Assembly: GCA_041652335.1 (NCBI GenBank)
Contig: JBAZHL010000001.1
Coordinates: forward strand, 1 to 46,851
DNA from: Patescibacteria group bacterium
GTDB lineage: Bacteria; Patescibacteriota; Kazan-3B-28; UBA10110
Direction: 5' to 3'
DNA: 46,851 bases
In this document: positions 15,600 to 24,009 of the stretch, piece after piece
Numbering within the stretch: position 1 is the stretch's first letter
How the letters are laid out: each line of letters starts with the position of its first letter
Translations under genes and position numbers: made by a program
The notes under the pieces: model-generated
Database searches by the model: none
Seen by the model: only the letters and a program-made list of their open reading frames with translations
Told to the model about the DNA's origin: nothing

Positions 15600-16199
15600 T
15601 TAGGTTGTAGCTTCAGGTATGGCGGGAAGATCCTGCGGATTAACATGGGTATGGCTCTGTAGCACCAGATCAACGACTGTACCATAGTACCAATGCTCGG
15701 CTATGTTGACGCGGGCCTGCAGAATTTCGGCAGTATCGCCAGATAGCACAGGTACAGGGAAAACGAAGATGGGCGGACCAGCATCATATTCGGCCGTAAC
15801 AAAGTGGATGGTAACTGCCGAATGGGATCTGTTAGAATTTAATACTGCCTGATGAACACGCATCCCGTACATACCGGGACCGCCAAACTCCGGCAGGGGG
15901 CCGGGATGAATGTTGACCGTTTTTTTGGGATCAAGCCCAACAGCTAACTTTAGCCATCCAGCAAACACCACCAAATCCGGCTTGTATTTCTCGATAAAGT
16001 AACCATATCCGGCCTCATCATATGGTCCGATAAATAACTCGAACGGGATACCTAAATCCTGAGCCTTTTGATAGACCCCGCCGGCCGGATGATTAGACAC
16101 TACCGCCACCACAACAAATCGAGGATCCCGCGCCAAATACTCAAACCCTGAGCCACCACCGCTCTTAGTGCCTGAAGCAAATACTAAGATCTTTTTCAA
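15600..16199 (-). CDS. purN: Phosphoribosylglycinamide formyltransferase-like (PurN / Formyl_trans_N family)
   Basis: MKKILVFASG, VVSN, VFAGWLKL, NIHPGPLPEFGG, TIHFVTAEYDAGPPI and ARVNIAEH together match the PurN motif order. Confidence 0.7.
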   Translation of the reverse strand: MKKILVFASGTKSGGGSGFEYLARDPRFVVVAVVSNHPAGGVYQKAQDLGIPFELFIGPYDEAGYGYFIEKYKPDLVVFAGWLKLAVGLDPKKTVNIHPGPLPEFGGPGMYGMRVHQAVLNSNRSHSAVTIHFVTAEYDAGPPIFVFPVPVLSGDTAEILQARVNIAEHWYYGTVVDLVLQSHTHVNPQDLPAIPEATT

Positions 16200-16233
16200 T
16201 GGCCACCTCCTTTACCACTCGCCAGTATAACAC

Positions 16234-16530
16234 TTACGTCAGATAACGAACCGTCTTAATTAAGTTGGTTCCGAGGGCTTGATTGATCAGACGGGTGATC
16301 TTGCGTTGCTGATAACGAATGTCTGTTAGATAGGTCGCGTCGGTTACCGATACGGTTAAAACACCATCGCGAAAGTTGATCGCCTCGTGTGCAGCCATCG
16401 CTTTGTCTAATAAAAATTTGGCCGCGTATTCTTGCCACAATTTACACACCTGCCCACTATCGATCGCAGCGTTTTGCGAGATGTTCTTAGCGTCACTCGG
16501 AATGGTTTCGGTCAGTTTTTGCCAAGTCAT
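16234..16530 (-). CDS. dciA: DUF721 / DciA-like protein
   Basis: 98 aa, immediately downstream of recF as in the canonical dnaA-dnaN-recF-DUF721 arrangement. KLWQEY...INFRDGVLTVSVTDATYLTDIRYQQRKITRLINQALG..IKTVRY fits the DUF721 pattern. Confidence 0.65.
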   Translation of the reverse strand: MTWQKLTETIPSDAKNISQNAAIDSGQVCKLWQEYAAKFLLDKAMAAHEAINFRDGVLTVSVTDATYLTDIRYQQRKITRLINQALGTNLIKTVRYLT

Positions 16531-16536
16531 TTTTTA

Positions 16537-16670
16537 GTCATTCCCGCGAAAGCGGGAATCCAGACAAGAACATAAATTTTTTATTTTTATTTCTGGATCC
16601 CCGACCCGGATGCTCCGCTCCGATCGGGGATGACAACTGGGAGTTATATTCCTGCCTTCGCAGGAATGAC
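16537..16670. repeat. Cluster of three palindromic repeat units between dciA and recF; the last one supplies the recF 3' end
   Basis: The units are gtcattcccgcgaaagcgggaatc (16537-16560), ggatccccga...tcggggatgac (16595-16634) and attcctgccttcgcaggaatgac (16648-16670). An AT-rich spacer separates the first two. Confidence 0.8.
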
Positions 16671-17756
16671 AGAGGAGGTTATTTCGCCGGCCACCACATT
16701 AAGCACGTTGGCACCTTTAGATATTTTATGTCGATCGGTAGTGGTAACCACCACCTGAGCGTCACCCAAAAATTCCACCACTCGCCTACTATTACTCTCG
16801 TCTAACTCCGAAAAGATATCGTCCAACAAATAGATCGGTTGCTCTTGCAACTGCTTTTTAATATATTCACCCTCGGCCAATTTGAGTGCTACCATCATCA
16901 GGCGAAACTCCCCTTGCGAGGCGATCTGTTTGGCATCTAAATCGTTAAGTAAAAACACCAGATCGTCCCGATGGGGGCCAAAGGTAGTATGGCCGTACCG
17001 GATATCTTCATCTCGGCTTTTGATCAAGCGGCTAATATATTGCTCCGGCGTAATCACTCCAGCGTCCGTCTGGTAAACTACTCGAAAGCGGCTATCGTGC
17101 TGTCCAGAAACCTGCGAATAGACCGGGCCAACCCAAACGCCCAAGGCATCAACCAGCGCTTGCCGTTTTTTGATGATCAGCGAGCCCAAGGCCGACATCC
17201 GATCATCCCAGGGACTTAGCTCCTCCACTTCGGCCTGGCGCCGCCTGATCTGCACCAATAACTGATTGCGCTGCCGAAGTGCTTTGGCGTAGGCCATCAG
17301 ATCGTCGTAGTAGGTCGGATCCACTTTGGTAATGATGTGGTTCATAAACGCACGACGAGTAATCGATTGCAATCGCATTAAGCTAACATTCTCCGGCGCA
17401 AACAGCACCATTAAAAAGCTACCCAAAAAATCCGCCTTACTTACTTTGGCGTTATCTAAGCGAAAGTTTTTAGTGATCCCTAATTCGTCTCGCTCTAACA
17501 CTACACTCACAATGCGAGGGTTGCCGTTATCTAATTCGAAGCTGGCCTCGATCCGGGCAAACAGTTCGCCGGTTTTGATCGCCCAAGCCTCTCGCGAACT
17601 TCTAAACGAATCACCGGCCGAGAGATAGTAGAGCGATTCTAATACATTGGTCTTGCCCTGGCCATTGTCCCCCACTAAAAAATTCTGGCCATCAAAGCTA
17701 ATCTCAGCCGTAGAGATGTTCCGAAAATTAGCGAGCTTAAGTGAGACACACTTCAT
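16644..17756 (-). CDS. recF: DNA replication and repair protein RecF
   Basis: Walker A GDNGQGKTNVLES, SMC/RecF signature region and Walker B LLDDIFSELD. The last residues, VIPAKAGI, are encoded by the repeat unit. The start overlaps the dnaN stop by 1 nt. Confidence 0.9.
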   Translation of the reverse strand: MKCVSLKLANFRNISTAEISFDGQNFLVGDNGQGKTNVLESLYYLSAGDSFRSSREAWAIKTGELFARIEASFELDNGNPRIVSVVLERDELGITKNFRLDNAKVSKADFLGSFLMVLFAPENVSLMRLQSITRRAFMNHIITKVDPTYYDDLMAYAKALRQRNQLLVQIRRRQAEVEELSPWDDRMSALGSLIIKKRQALVDALGVWVGPVYSQVSGQHDSRFRVVYQTDAGVITPEQYISRLIKSRDEDIRYGHTTFGPHRDDLVFLLNDLDAKQIASQGEFRLMMVALKLAEGEYIKKQLQEQPIYLLDDIFSELDESNSRRVVEFLGDAQVVVTTTDRHKISKGANVLNVVAGEITSSVIPAKAGI

Positions 17757-18847
17757 TAGCTCCGCAGCGGCATAATGATGTAGGTCAGACCAGATTTCTC
17801 ATCAGCCGGACGGATCAACCCTGGGTTAAGCTTGCCCACCATCTCCACCGCTACACTCTCACCACCGATACCGTTTAGAGCATCCAAGACGTACCGAGCG
17901 TTGAAGCCGATCTCGTTATCGTCACCGGTTACCTCGGCCGATACGCTGGATTTAAAGTTGCCCAACTGTGACGAGCTGGCCTCCACATTAATTCCGCCTT
18001 TGCCAAAAGTAAGTTTAACGTTGTTGGCACTCTCTCTGGCAAAGAAGCTGGCGGTCTTAACTACCCCTAATAGATCGTGGGCAGAAACGATCGCCTTAGT
18101 CTTAAAGTTTTTGGGGATCACCTGAGTGTAATCCGGGTATTCGCCTTCGATCACCCGTGATACCAGATCCATATCCGGGAAACTAAACATGATCTGGTTA
18201 TCCGAAACTGTGATCTTGATCTTCTCCCCTCCACTGATCACCCGATAGATCTCTTGGATGGTCTTGATCGGGACAATAAATTTAGCCTCTTCCTTGGTAG
18301 GAACGGATAGCACCTTCTCCGCCAACCGATAGCTATCGGTAGCGGCCAGCTTTAGGGTGTTGTTTCCAACTACAAAGTAGACACCAGTTAAAATCGGTCG
18401 CGACTCATCAAACGACGCCGCAAACCCCACCTGGTTGATCGCCGACTTTAATAGGTTGCCGTCGATCTCCAATACCTCCTTACCCTTAACCTCCGGGATA
18501 CTGGGGAACTCATCAGCCGGCATACCATTAAGGTTTGCCTCACTCTTATCCGTTTTGGCGTAGAGGATACTCTCTCTGTCCTCGAGCTCGATCTTATCTT
18601 CCACCAAACTCCCTACAAAACTACTCAGTACTCGACCCGGCACGGTAATTGAACCAGGCTGCTCGATCTTCCCTCCTAAATAGTAGCTGATACCCATCTC
18701 TAAATCGGTGGCGGAGAGAATCACCTGATTCTCGTCCACTTTGATCAGCACATTATTAAGAATCGGCAAGGTGCTTTTACTGGCAACGATCTTATCTAAG
18801 ACCAATAGCCCCCTTTTTAGCTTTTCTAACGAGACAGATATCTTCAT
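17756..18847 (-). CDS. dnaN: DNA polymerase III beta subunit (sliding clamp)
   Basis: 363 aa with the three-domain clamp pattern (LPILNNVLI.., ATDSYRLA, MPLRS C-terminus). Its position is downstream of dnaA. Confidence 0.92.
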   Translation of the reverse strand: MKISVSLEKLKRGLLVLDKIVASKSTLPILNNVLIKVDENQVILSATDLEMGISYYLGGKIEQPGSITVPGRVLSSFVGSLVEDKIELEDRESILYAKTDKSEANLNGMPADEFPSIPEVKGKEVLEIDGNLLKSAINQVGFAASFDESRPILTGVYFVVGNNTLKLAATDSYRLAEKVLSVPTKEEAKFIVPIKTIQEIYRVISGGEKIKITVSDNQIMFSFPDMDLVSRVIEGEYPDYTQVIPKNFKTKAIVSAHDLLGVVKTASFFARESANNVKLTFGKGGINVEASSSQLGNFKSSVSAEVTGDDNEIGFNARYVLDALNGIGGESVAVEMVGKLNPGLIRPADEKSGLTYIIMPLRS

Positions 18848-19036
18848 TTCCTTTGCCTCTTATTAATAATTATCTTTATAAATTAATTAATCTAATAGTA
18901 ATAGAGAGTGGGGATTTGCGTATAAGTAATTTTCTGATGGCTGAGTTTAACTAAATTCTGTTTTGGCCTGGTGATGGATGGTGGATGGATTGTTGATAAA
19001 GTTTTTAGCTAAATACTCTCCCCACCCTAATCCACA
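18848..19036. other. Candidate oriC segment (AT-rich unwinding region plus degenerate DnaA boxes) in the dnaA-dnaN spacer
   Basis: A very AT-rich stretch lies at 18858-18905 (tattaataattatctttataaattaattaatctaatag). TGTTGATAA (18991-18999) and TAATCCACA (19028-19036) are each one mismatch from TTATCCACA/TGTGGATAA. GGTGGATGG-type degenerate copies lie at 18971-18990. Confidence 0.45.
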
Positions 19037-20421
19037 GCGTATAGTTTATCTTTAATAGTTTTAATCTCACTCTCTAAATCATTACTCTCCATCAGTAAGT
19101 TTTTGATCTTGTTGTAGTCGTGGATGATAGTAGTGTGATCCTTCCCCCCCAACTCTCGCCCGATGCTCTTATATGGCAGATCTAATTCTTCGCGCAGCAG
19201 GAAGATCAGCACCTGACGAGGAAAGACAATCTCTTTGTTACGCTTCTTACCCAACAGCTCATCTTTTTTAATGTCGTAGTGTTTGCAGATAGCTTTTACC
19301 ACATCGCTAACTTTGACTATCCGCTTGCCCGGGCTGAACAAGATCCCGCCCAGCAGATTCTCTACCTCGTCATTGGTGGGGATGGTGTTGTTAAGCTGCC
19401 CATAAGCCACCACGCGAGTTAATGCTCCCTCTAACTCTCTGATGTTGTTTTGGATCTTTCCAGCGATCGCCTCCAAAATGTAGTCTGGTAGCTGGAAATC
19501 CAAGTTCGATGCCTTTGAGCGTAACACGGCCAAGCGCATCTCATAGTTGGGGGCGGAGATATCGGCGATCATCCCCCACTCAAACCGAGAGCGTAACCGC
19601 GACTCTAACGTGGGGATGGCTTTAGGTGGTCGATCAGAGGCCAAGATGATCTGTTTGTTACTTTCGTAAAGCGTATTAAAGGTGTTAAAGAACTCTTCTT
19701 GGGTAGCTTCGCGTCCGGCCAAAAATTGGATATCGTCAATTATCAAACAATCCGCTTTGCGGTACTTCTCCCTAAACTCTTTAGTGGTTTTTTTATGGAT
19801 AGCGTCTACCAACTCGTTAGTAAATCTTTCGGAGGTGATGTAGACCACTTTCTTTTTAGGGTAGAGAGTTAGGATCTCATTGCCAACCGCCTGCAACAAG
19901 TGGGTCTTGCCCAAACCAACTCCACCATAAATAAATAGTGGGTTATAGGTGATACCCGGGGTTTTAGCCACCGCATTAGCAGCGGCGTTGGCCAGCTTGT
20001 TGCTCTCCCCCACCACAAACGTTTCGAAAGTGTAGCGCTGGTTTAAACGCTCTATCGAGTCGTTGGGGGTTGTGGTTTTGGTAGCGGTGCTGATGCGAGC
20101 GGCGGAGCTGCTGATCGGCATAGGCGCCGAGAATAACGTCGCCTGCTCTTGCTTGGGTGAACCGCCTACCATGTATTTGATATTAGTGAGGTTGGGTAGG
20201 CTTTTTGTTAAACAACGTCGTAGCTCTTTCTCGTACTTCTTCTGTAGCCACTCTAAAGTAAATACGTTTGGTACGCGAAGTAGCACCTCAGTGTCGGTGA
20301 TGTCTACGATCTCAGTGTTTTTTAACCAAGTGTTGAAGTTGGCCTTGCTCAAAGACACTTCGGCTTCACCCAAAACGTTTTGCCACAAGCGCTGTTTATC
20401 CACTACCCTTTCTTCACCCAC
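19027..20421 (-). CDS. dnaA: Chromosomal replication initiator protein DnaA
   Basis: AAA+ Walker A GGVGLGKTHLLQA, Walker B LIIDDIQFL, sensor motifs, and the C-terminal DNA-binding domain (DHTTIIHDYNKI). Confidence 0.95.
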   Translation of the reverse strand: MGEERVVDKQRLWQNVLGEAEVSLSKANFNTWLKNTEIVDITDTEVLLRVPNVFTLEWLQKKYEKELRRCLTKSLPNLTNIKYMVGGSPKQEQATLFSAPMPISSSAARISTATKTTTPNDSIERLNQRYTFETFVVGESNKLANAAANAVAKTPGITYNPLFIYGGVGLGKTHLLQAVGNEILTLYPKKKVVYITSERFTNELVDAIHKKTTKEFREKYRKADCLIIDDIQFLAGREATQEEFFNTFNTLYESNKQIILASDRPPKAIPTLESRLRSRFEWGMIADISAPNYEMRLAVLRSKASNLDFQLPDYILEAIAGKIQNNIRELEGALTRVVAYGQLNNTIPTNDEVENLLGGILFSPGKRIVKVSDVVKAICKHYDIKKDELLGKKRNKEIVFPRQVLIFLLREELDLPYKSIGRELGGKDHTTIIHDYNKIKNLLMESNDLESEIKTIKDKLYAVD

Positions 20422-20529
20422 AAGGTAATTTTATTACAGTTATCCCCAAACAACAATCGGTGTTGACGCCTCATTATACGCTAAATTGGGAAGGGGCAAA
20501 TTAAATTGACCGTTTTAAAGCTTTACGGC

Positions 20530-20652
20530 TATACCCCGTTAGAAGTCCGACGGACCTTCTGGCCAATTTCCTCTGGTCTGGCCTCACGGAAAATGCTTCG
20601 CTTACCGATTTGGAGGTTTGGGATTTGTCCGGTAAACTTCTAACGGGGTATA
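20530..20652. repeat. Inverted-repeat element with CCGTTAGAA core (16-nt perfect arms, 91-nt spacer) in the dnaA-rpmH spacer
   Basis: tataccccgttagaag (20530-20545) pairs with cttctaacggggtata (20637-20652). An inner hairpin agaagtcc..ggaccttct follows the left arm. The core is shared with the element at 7555-7635. Confidence 0.7.
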
Positions 20653-20682
20653 CTAAACAGGTAGTACCCCTTAATCAACCAT

Positions 20683-20817
20683 ATGAAACGGACATATCAA
20701 CCCAAAAAACGCAAGCGCCAACGCAAGTTCGGGTTCAAGGCTCGGATGGCCACCAAAGGTGGGCGCAAGGTGATAGCCAGACGGAGACTGAAGGGCAGAA
20801 AGAAGCTCTCGGAGTAA
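20683..20817 (+). CDS. rpmH: 50S ribosomal protein L34
   Basis: Not in the ORF track because it is under 60 aa. My translation is [44 protein letters not shown], the canonical L34 sequence, directly upstream of rnpA. Confidence 0.95.
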   Translation: MKRTYQPKKRKRQRKFGFKARMATKGGRKVIARRRLKGRKKLSE

Positions 20818-20839
20818 TCCTTAACTCGTAGAGGAATCT

Positions 20840-21109
20840 ATGTATAGAGGATCCCAAGGATACGCCGATAGCCCAGCCTTTACTTTAAAATACCCGCCCG
20901 CCCGAGATGCTGCCCGTCGGATCCGGATCGTGGTGAGTGCTAAGGTGGCCAAAAAGGCGACCCAGCGAAATCTGATCAAGCGTCGTCTGCGTCACATCTG
21001 GCAGTCGATCGGGAGTGGTCCCCTGCCCCACATCTATGTTAAGAAGGCAGCTCTGACCATGACCTTTGCCCAACTAAAATCCGAATTAGCTCGTCTAATA
21101 AATAAATGA
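20840..21109 (+). CDS. rnpA: Ribonuclease P protein component (short)
   Basis: Position after rpmH, a basic RNR-like motif (KKATQRNLIKRRLRHIW), and ATGA overlap with yidD. Confidence 0.8.
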   Translation: MYRGSQGYADSPAFTLKYPPARDAARRIRIVVSAKVAKKATQRNLIKRRLRHIWQSIGSGPLPHIYVKKAALTMTFAQLKSELARLINK

Positions 21110-21342
21110 TCAAGCACCTAACTCTATCGCTTATTCGTCTCTACCAACTTACCTTGTCACCCGATCATAGTTGGTTAAAAGGAACCCACCCATACGGTTA
21201 CTGTCGTTTTTCTCCCAGTTGTTCCGAGTATGGCCACCAGGCGATCGAGCGTAAAGGGGTGATTAAGGGTCTTATCCTTATGATTTGGCGGTTGCTCCGT
21301 TGCAATCCATGGAATCGAGGCGGCATTGATCCGGTAAAATAA
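21106..21342 (+). CDS. yidD: Membrane protein insertion efficiency factor YidD
   Basis: LIRLYQLTLSP...CRFSPSCSEYGHQAI...RLLRCNPW..GGIDPV. Confidence 0.9.
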   Translation: MIKHLTLSLIRLYQLTLSPDHSWLKGTHPYGYCRFSPSCSEYGHQAIERKGVIKGLILMIWRLLRCNPWNRGGIDPVK

Positions 21343-21345
21343 ACT

Positions 21346-22113
21346 ATGAATAACACAGTCCTTAACTACACCCTGAACGAGAGCTCTTGGATGACCAAGC
21401 TGCTGTATAAGCCGCTGTTAAACATTCTGATGCTACTCTACGTTTATATCCCGGGCCACGATTTTGGTGTGGCGATCATTGCGATTACGCTGATCATCCG
21501 CGCTATCCTCTTCCCGTCTTATTTAGGGACGCTTAGATCGCAGTGGGCGCTAAAGAAGATCCAGCCCAAATTAGATGAGATCAAAAAGCTTCATCAAGAC
21601 GATAAGACCAAACAATCGCAGGAGATGATGAAGGTCTATCAGGAGCACAAGGTTAATCCTTTAAGCAGCTGTCTGCCGCTATTGATCCAACTTCCAATTC
21701 TATACGCCTTATATCGAGTGTTCTCAGTTGGTCTGACTGCCGATAGTCTTACTCATTTATATAGCTGGTTTCCCAGAGTGCCCGAGACGATCAATACTAC
21801 CTTCTTGGCCTTTACCCATGTCTCGTGGCTACAGATCGATCTGGCCCACCCCAATATGTATTTAGCCATTGGGGCTGGATTAGCCCAGTTGCTGCAGAGC
21901 TGGCTGACCACCAAGTTTCAACCCATCCAGGGTGAGGGAATGGCCAAGATGATAAACACCCAGATGTTATATATCTTCCCAGTGATGACTGGATTTATCG
22001 CTTGGAGCCTGCCAGCCGCATTAGCGTTATACTGGGTAGCTACGACCGTGTTTACCGTCATACAACAACTATTTGTAATTACTCCAGCAGGTCGAAAGTT
22101 AATCGAAAAATAA
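21346..22113 (+). CDS. yidC: Membrane protein insertase YidC/Oxa1 family (short form)
   Basis: Multi-TM protein with the QPKLDEIKKLH..D..K...EMMKVYQEHKVNPLSSCLPLLIQLPI motif. Synteny is rnpA-yidD-yidC-jag. Confidence 0.9.
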   Translation: MNNTVLNYTLNESSWMTKLLYKPLLNILMLLYVYIPGHDFGVAIIAITLIIRAILFPSYLGTLRSQWALKKIQPKLDEIKKLHQDDKTKQSQEMMKVYQEHKVNPLSSCLPLLIQLPILYALYRVFSVGLTADSLTHLYSWFPRVPETINTTFLAFTHVSWLQIDLAHPNMYLAIGAGLAQLLQSWLTTKFQPIQGEGMAKMINTQMLYIFPVMTGFIAWSLPAALALYWVATTVFTVIQQLFVITPAGRKLIEK

Positions 22114-22114
22114 T

Positions 22115-22570
22115 ATGGAAAAGCTTGTTGATTACATCAAGGAGAGTGTGGCCGGGATGTTTGCCGAATGGCCGATCAAGGTTAGTGTTGAGGCTTCGCA
22201 GGAAGATGATTTTGTGATGGTAGATCTAAAGACCAGCAACGATGCGCTGTTCGTTCAGCCTAAGGCGGATCCCCTGTTGGCGCTTCAGCACTTGATCCGA
22301 TTAATGGTGCGGCAGAAATTTCCCGAAACATCAGTACATCTCACCGTTAACATCGGCGATTTTCACCAACGTCAACGTGACGCTCTAACCAAAGTGGCGG
22401 AGGATGCGATCAAACAGGCCAAACAAAACGGTGCTCCGGTTTATCTATCTCCGATGTCTTCGTTCGAGCGTCGGATCGTGCATATGGTGGCCGCAGCGGA
22501 TAATGAAGTTGTCTCGGAGAGCTCCGGGGTCGGGCCCGGCCGGCGGGTAATAATTAAGCCTGCCGCTTAG
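22115..22570 (+). CDS. jag: Jag/KhpB-like RNA-binding protein (KH plus R3H)
   Basis: C-terminal R3H motif (LSPMSSFERRIVHMVAA) and position after yidC. Confidence 0.8.
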   Translation: MEKLVDYIKESVAGMFAEWPIKVSVEASQEDDFVMVDLKTSNDALFVQPKADPLLALQHLIRLMVRQKFPETSVHLTVNIGDFHQRQRDALTKVAEDAIKQAKQNGAPVYLSPMSSFERRIVHMVAAADNEVVSESSGVGPGRRVIIKPAA

Positions 22571-22581
22571 GGAGGTTTTAG

Positions 22582-24009
22582 ATGAACGTTTCGCGCCGGA
22601 TCGCTGGTAACACTATCATCCAGATATTTAGCAAAGCGGTTACGGCCGCGACTTCGGCATTAGTCTTAGCCTACTTAGCCCGGTATTTAGGGGTTAGCGG
22701 CTATGGCGATTACACCACTGTATTTGCCTACTTAGGCATCTTTGGCGTGCTGGTGGATTTAGGCATCTTTGTCACCAGCGTTCGAGAGATCGCTAAACAC
22801 CCAGAACAAGAGCGCTCGATATTAGGCAACGTGTTGGGCCTTAGGTTTGTGGTGGGAATAGTGGTGTTTGCCGTCGCCATCGCCGCGTCGTTGTTTATCC
22901 CCTATCCCCCGGTAGTGCGTTTGGGTATCTTGGTGGGATCGGTCTCTCAATTATTTATGGTAGTTAACCAAGCGCCGGTTAGTTTGTTTCAGGCGCGTTT
23001 AATTATGCATCGGGCAGCGATCGCCGATATCGCTGGTCGTCTAATCTTATTGGTTTTGGTGTGGTGGTTTATCAAATCGGGGTTAGGGTTTATCCCGATG
23101 ATCTGGGCGGTAACCGTTAGCACCTTTGTCACCTTTATTGTCAGCATGGCGTTGGCCGCCTCGGTCAATCCGATCTGGCCCCGATTTGATTGGGCGATCT
23201 GGCATCGAATTCTAAAGTTAGCTCTGCCGATGGGGGCGGTGATGATCTTAAGCACCGTCTATTTCCGAATCGATACGGTGTTACTGTCCATTATGAAAGG
23301 TAGCTTTGACGTGGGGGTCTACGGTGCGCCTTACAAAATCTTAGAGGTGCTATTAGCTGTGCCCACTATTTTTATGAGCTCCGTTTTGCCGGTAATGACC
23401 AGAGCGCTGGACGAGAATAGTAAGGAGCATGCTTTAGGTATCTTTAGGCGGTCATTTGATTTTATGAGTTTAGTATCATTACCGTTGGTGGTAGGAACAA
23501 TGCTGTTAGCTACGCCCATTATGGTATTGATCGCGGGGACGGACTTTGCCGTCTCCGGCCCAGTGTTGGCGATCATCATGTTAAAACTGGTTGGATCGGC
23601 GTTAAACAGCGTGATGATCTATACCATTATTGCGGCTGGCGAACAGCGGCGATTGTTGCTCCCCTACAGCATCGCCGTGGGGTTCAATCTGATCGCTAAT
23701 TTAATATTTATTCCGCAATACAGTTATATGGCGGCTGCGGTTATTACCGTGCTAACAGAGATCTGGGTACTGATCGCCGCTGGCTACTTGGTGGGCAAGC
23801 GACTTAAATTAACGCCGACCTTTGGGGTGTTGTTAAAATGCTTGGTGGGCAGTTTATTAATGGGTGGCGCCGTTTGGTACTTATCTGACCTCAACCTCTG
23901 GTGGCGGATTGCCGTGGGCGCCGTTATCTATGTATTGGCGAGCCTAATTATGCGAGCGGTTCGGATCCAAGATATCTACGAGCTGATGCCTAAACTGCGC
24001 CGATTATGA
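22582..24009 (+). CDS. Polysaccharide/oligosaccharide flippase (MOP/Wzx superfamily)
   Basis: 475 aa, about 12-14 predicted TM helices, and an N-terminus NTIIQIFSKAVTAATSALVLAYLARYLG typical of Polysacc_synt family flippases. Confidence 0.75.
   Translation: MNVSRRIAGNTIIQIFSKAVTAATSALVLAYLARYLGVSGYGDYTTVFAYLGIFGVLVDLGIFVTSVREIAKHPEQERSILGNVLGLRFVVGIVVFAVAIAASLFIPYPPVVRLGILVGSVSQLFMVVNQAPVSLFQARLIMHRAAIADIAGRLILLVLVWWFIKSGLGFIPMIWAVTVSTFVTFIVSMALAASVNPIWPRFDWAIWHRILKLALPMGAVMILSTVYFRIDTVLLSIMKGSFDVGVYGAPYKILEVLLAVPTIFMSSVLPVMTRALDENSKEHALGIFRRSFDFMSLVSLPLVVGTMLLATPIMVLIAGTDFAVSGPVLAIIMLKLVGSALNSVMIYTIIAAGEQRRLLLPYSIAVGFNLIANLIFIPQYSYMAAAVITVLTEIWVLIAAGYLVGKRLKLTPTFGVLLKCLVGSLLMGGAVWYLSDLNLWWRIAVGAVIYVLASLIMRAVRIQDIYELMPKLRRL

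Noticed and set aside
2461-16670. Possibility that the short palindromic repeats form a CRISPR array
   Set aside because: The units differ in sequence and orientation. They are not regularly spaced with unique spacers. They occur singly or in tight clusters without cas genes.
20610-20831. 73-aa track ORF in the dnaA-rpmH spacer
   Set aside because: It overlaps the unmistakable L34 gene (20683-20817) out of frame. It begins inside the inverted-repeat element, and its sequence is a low-complexity read-through. I treat it as spurious.
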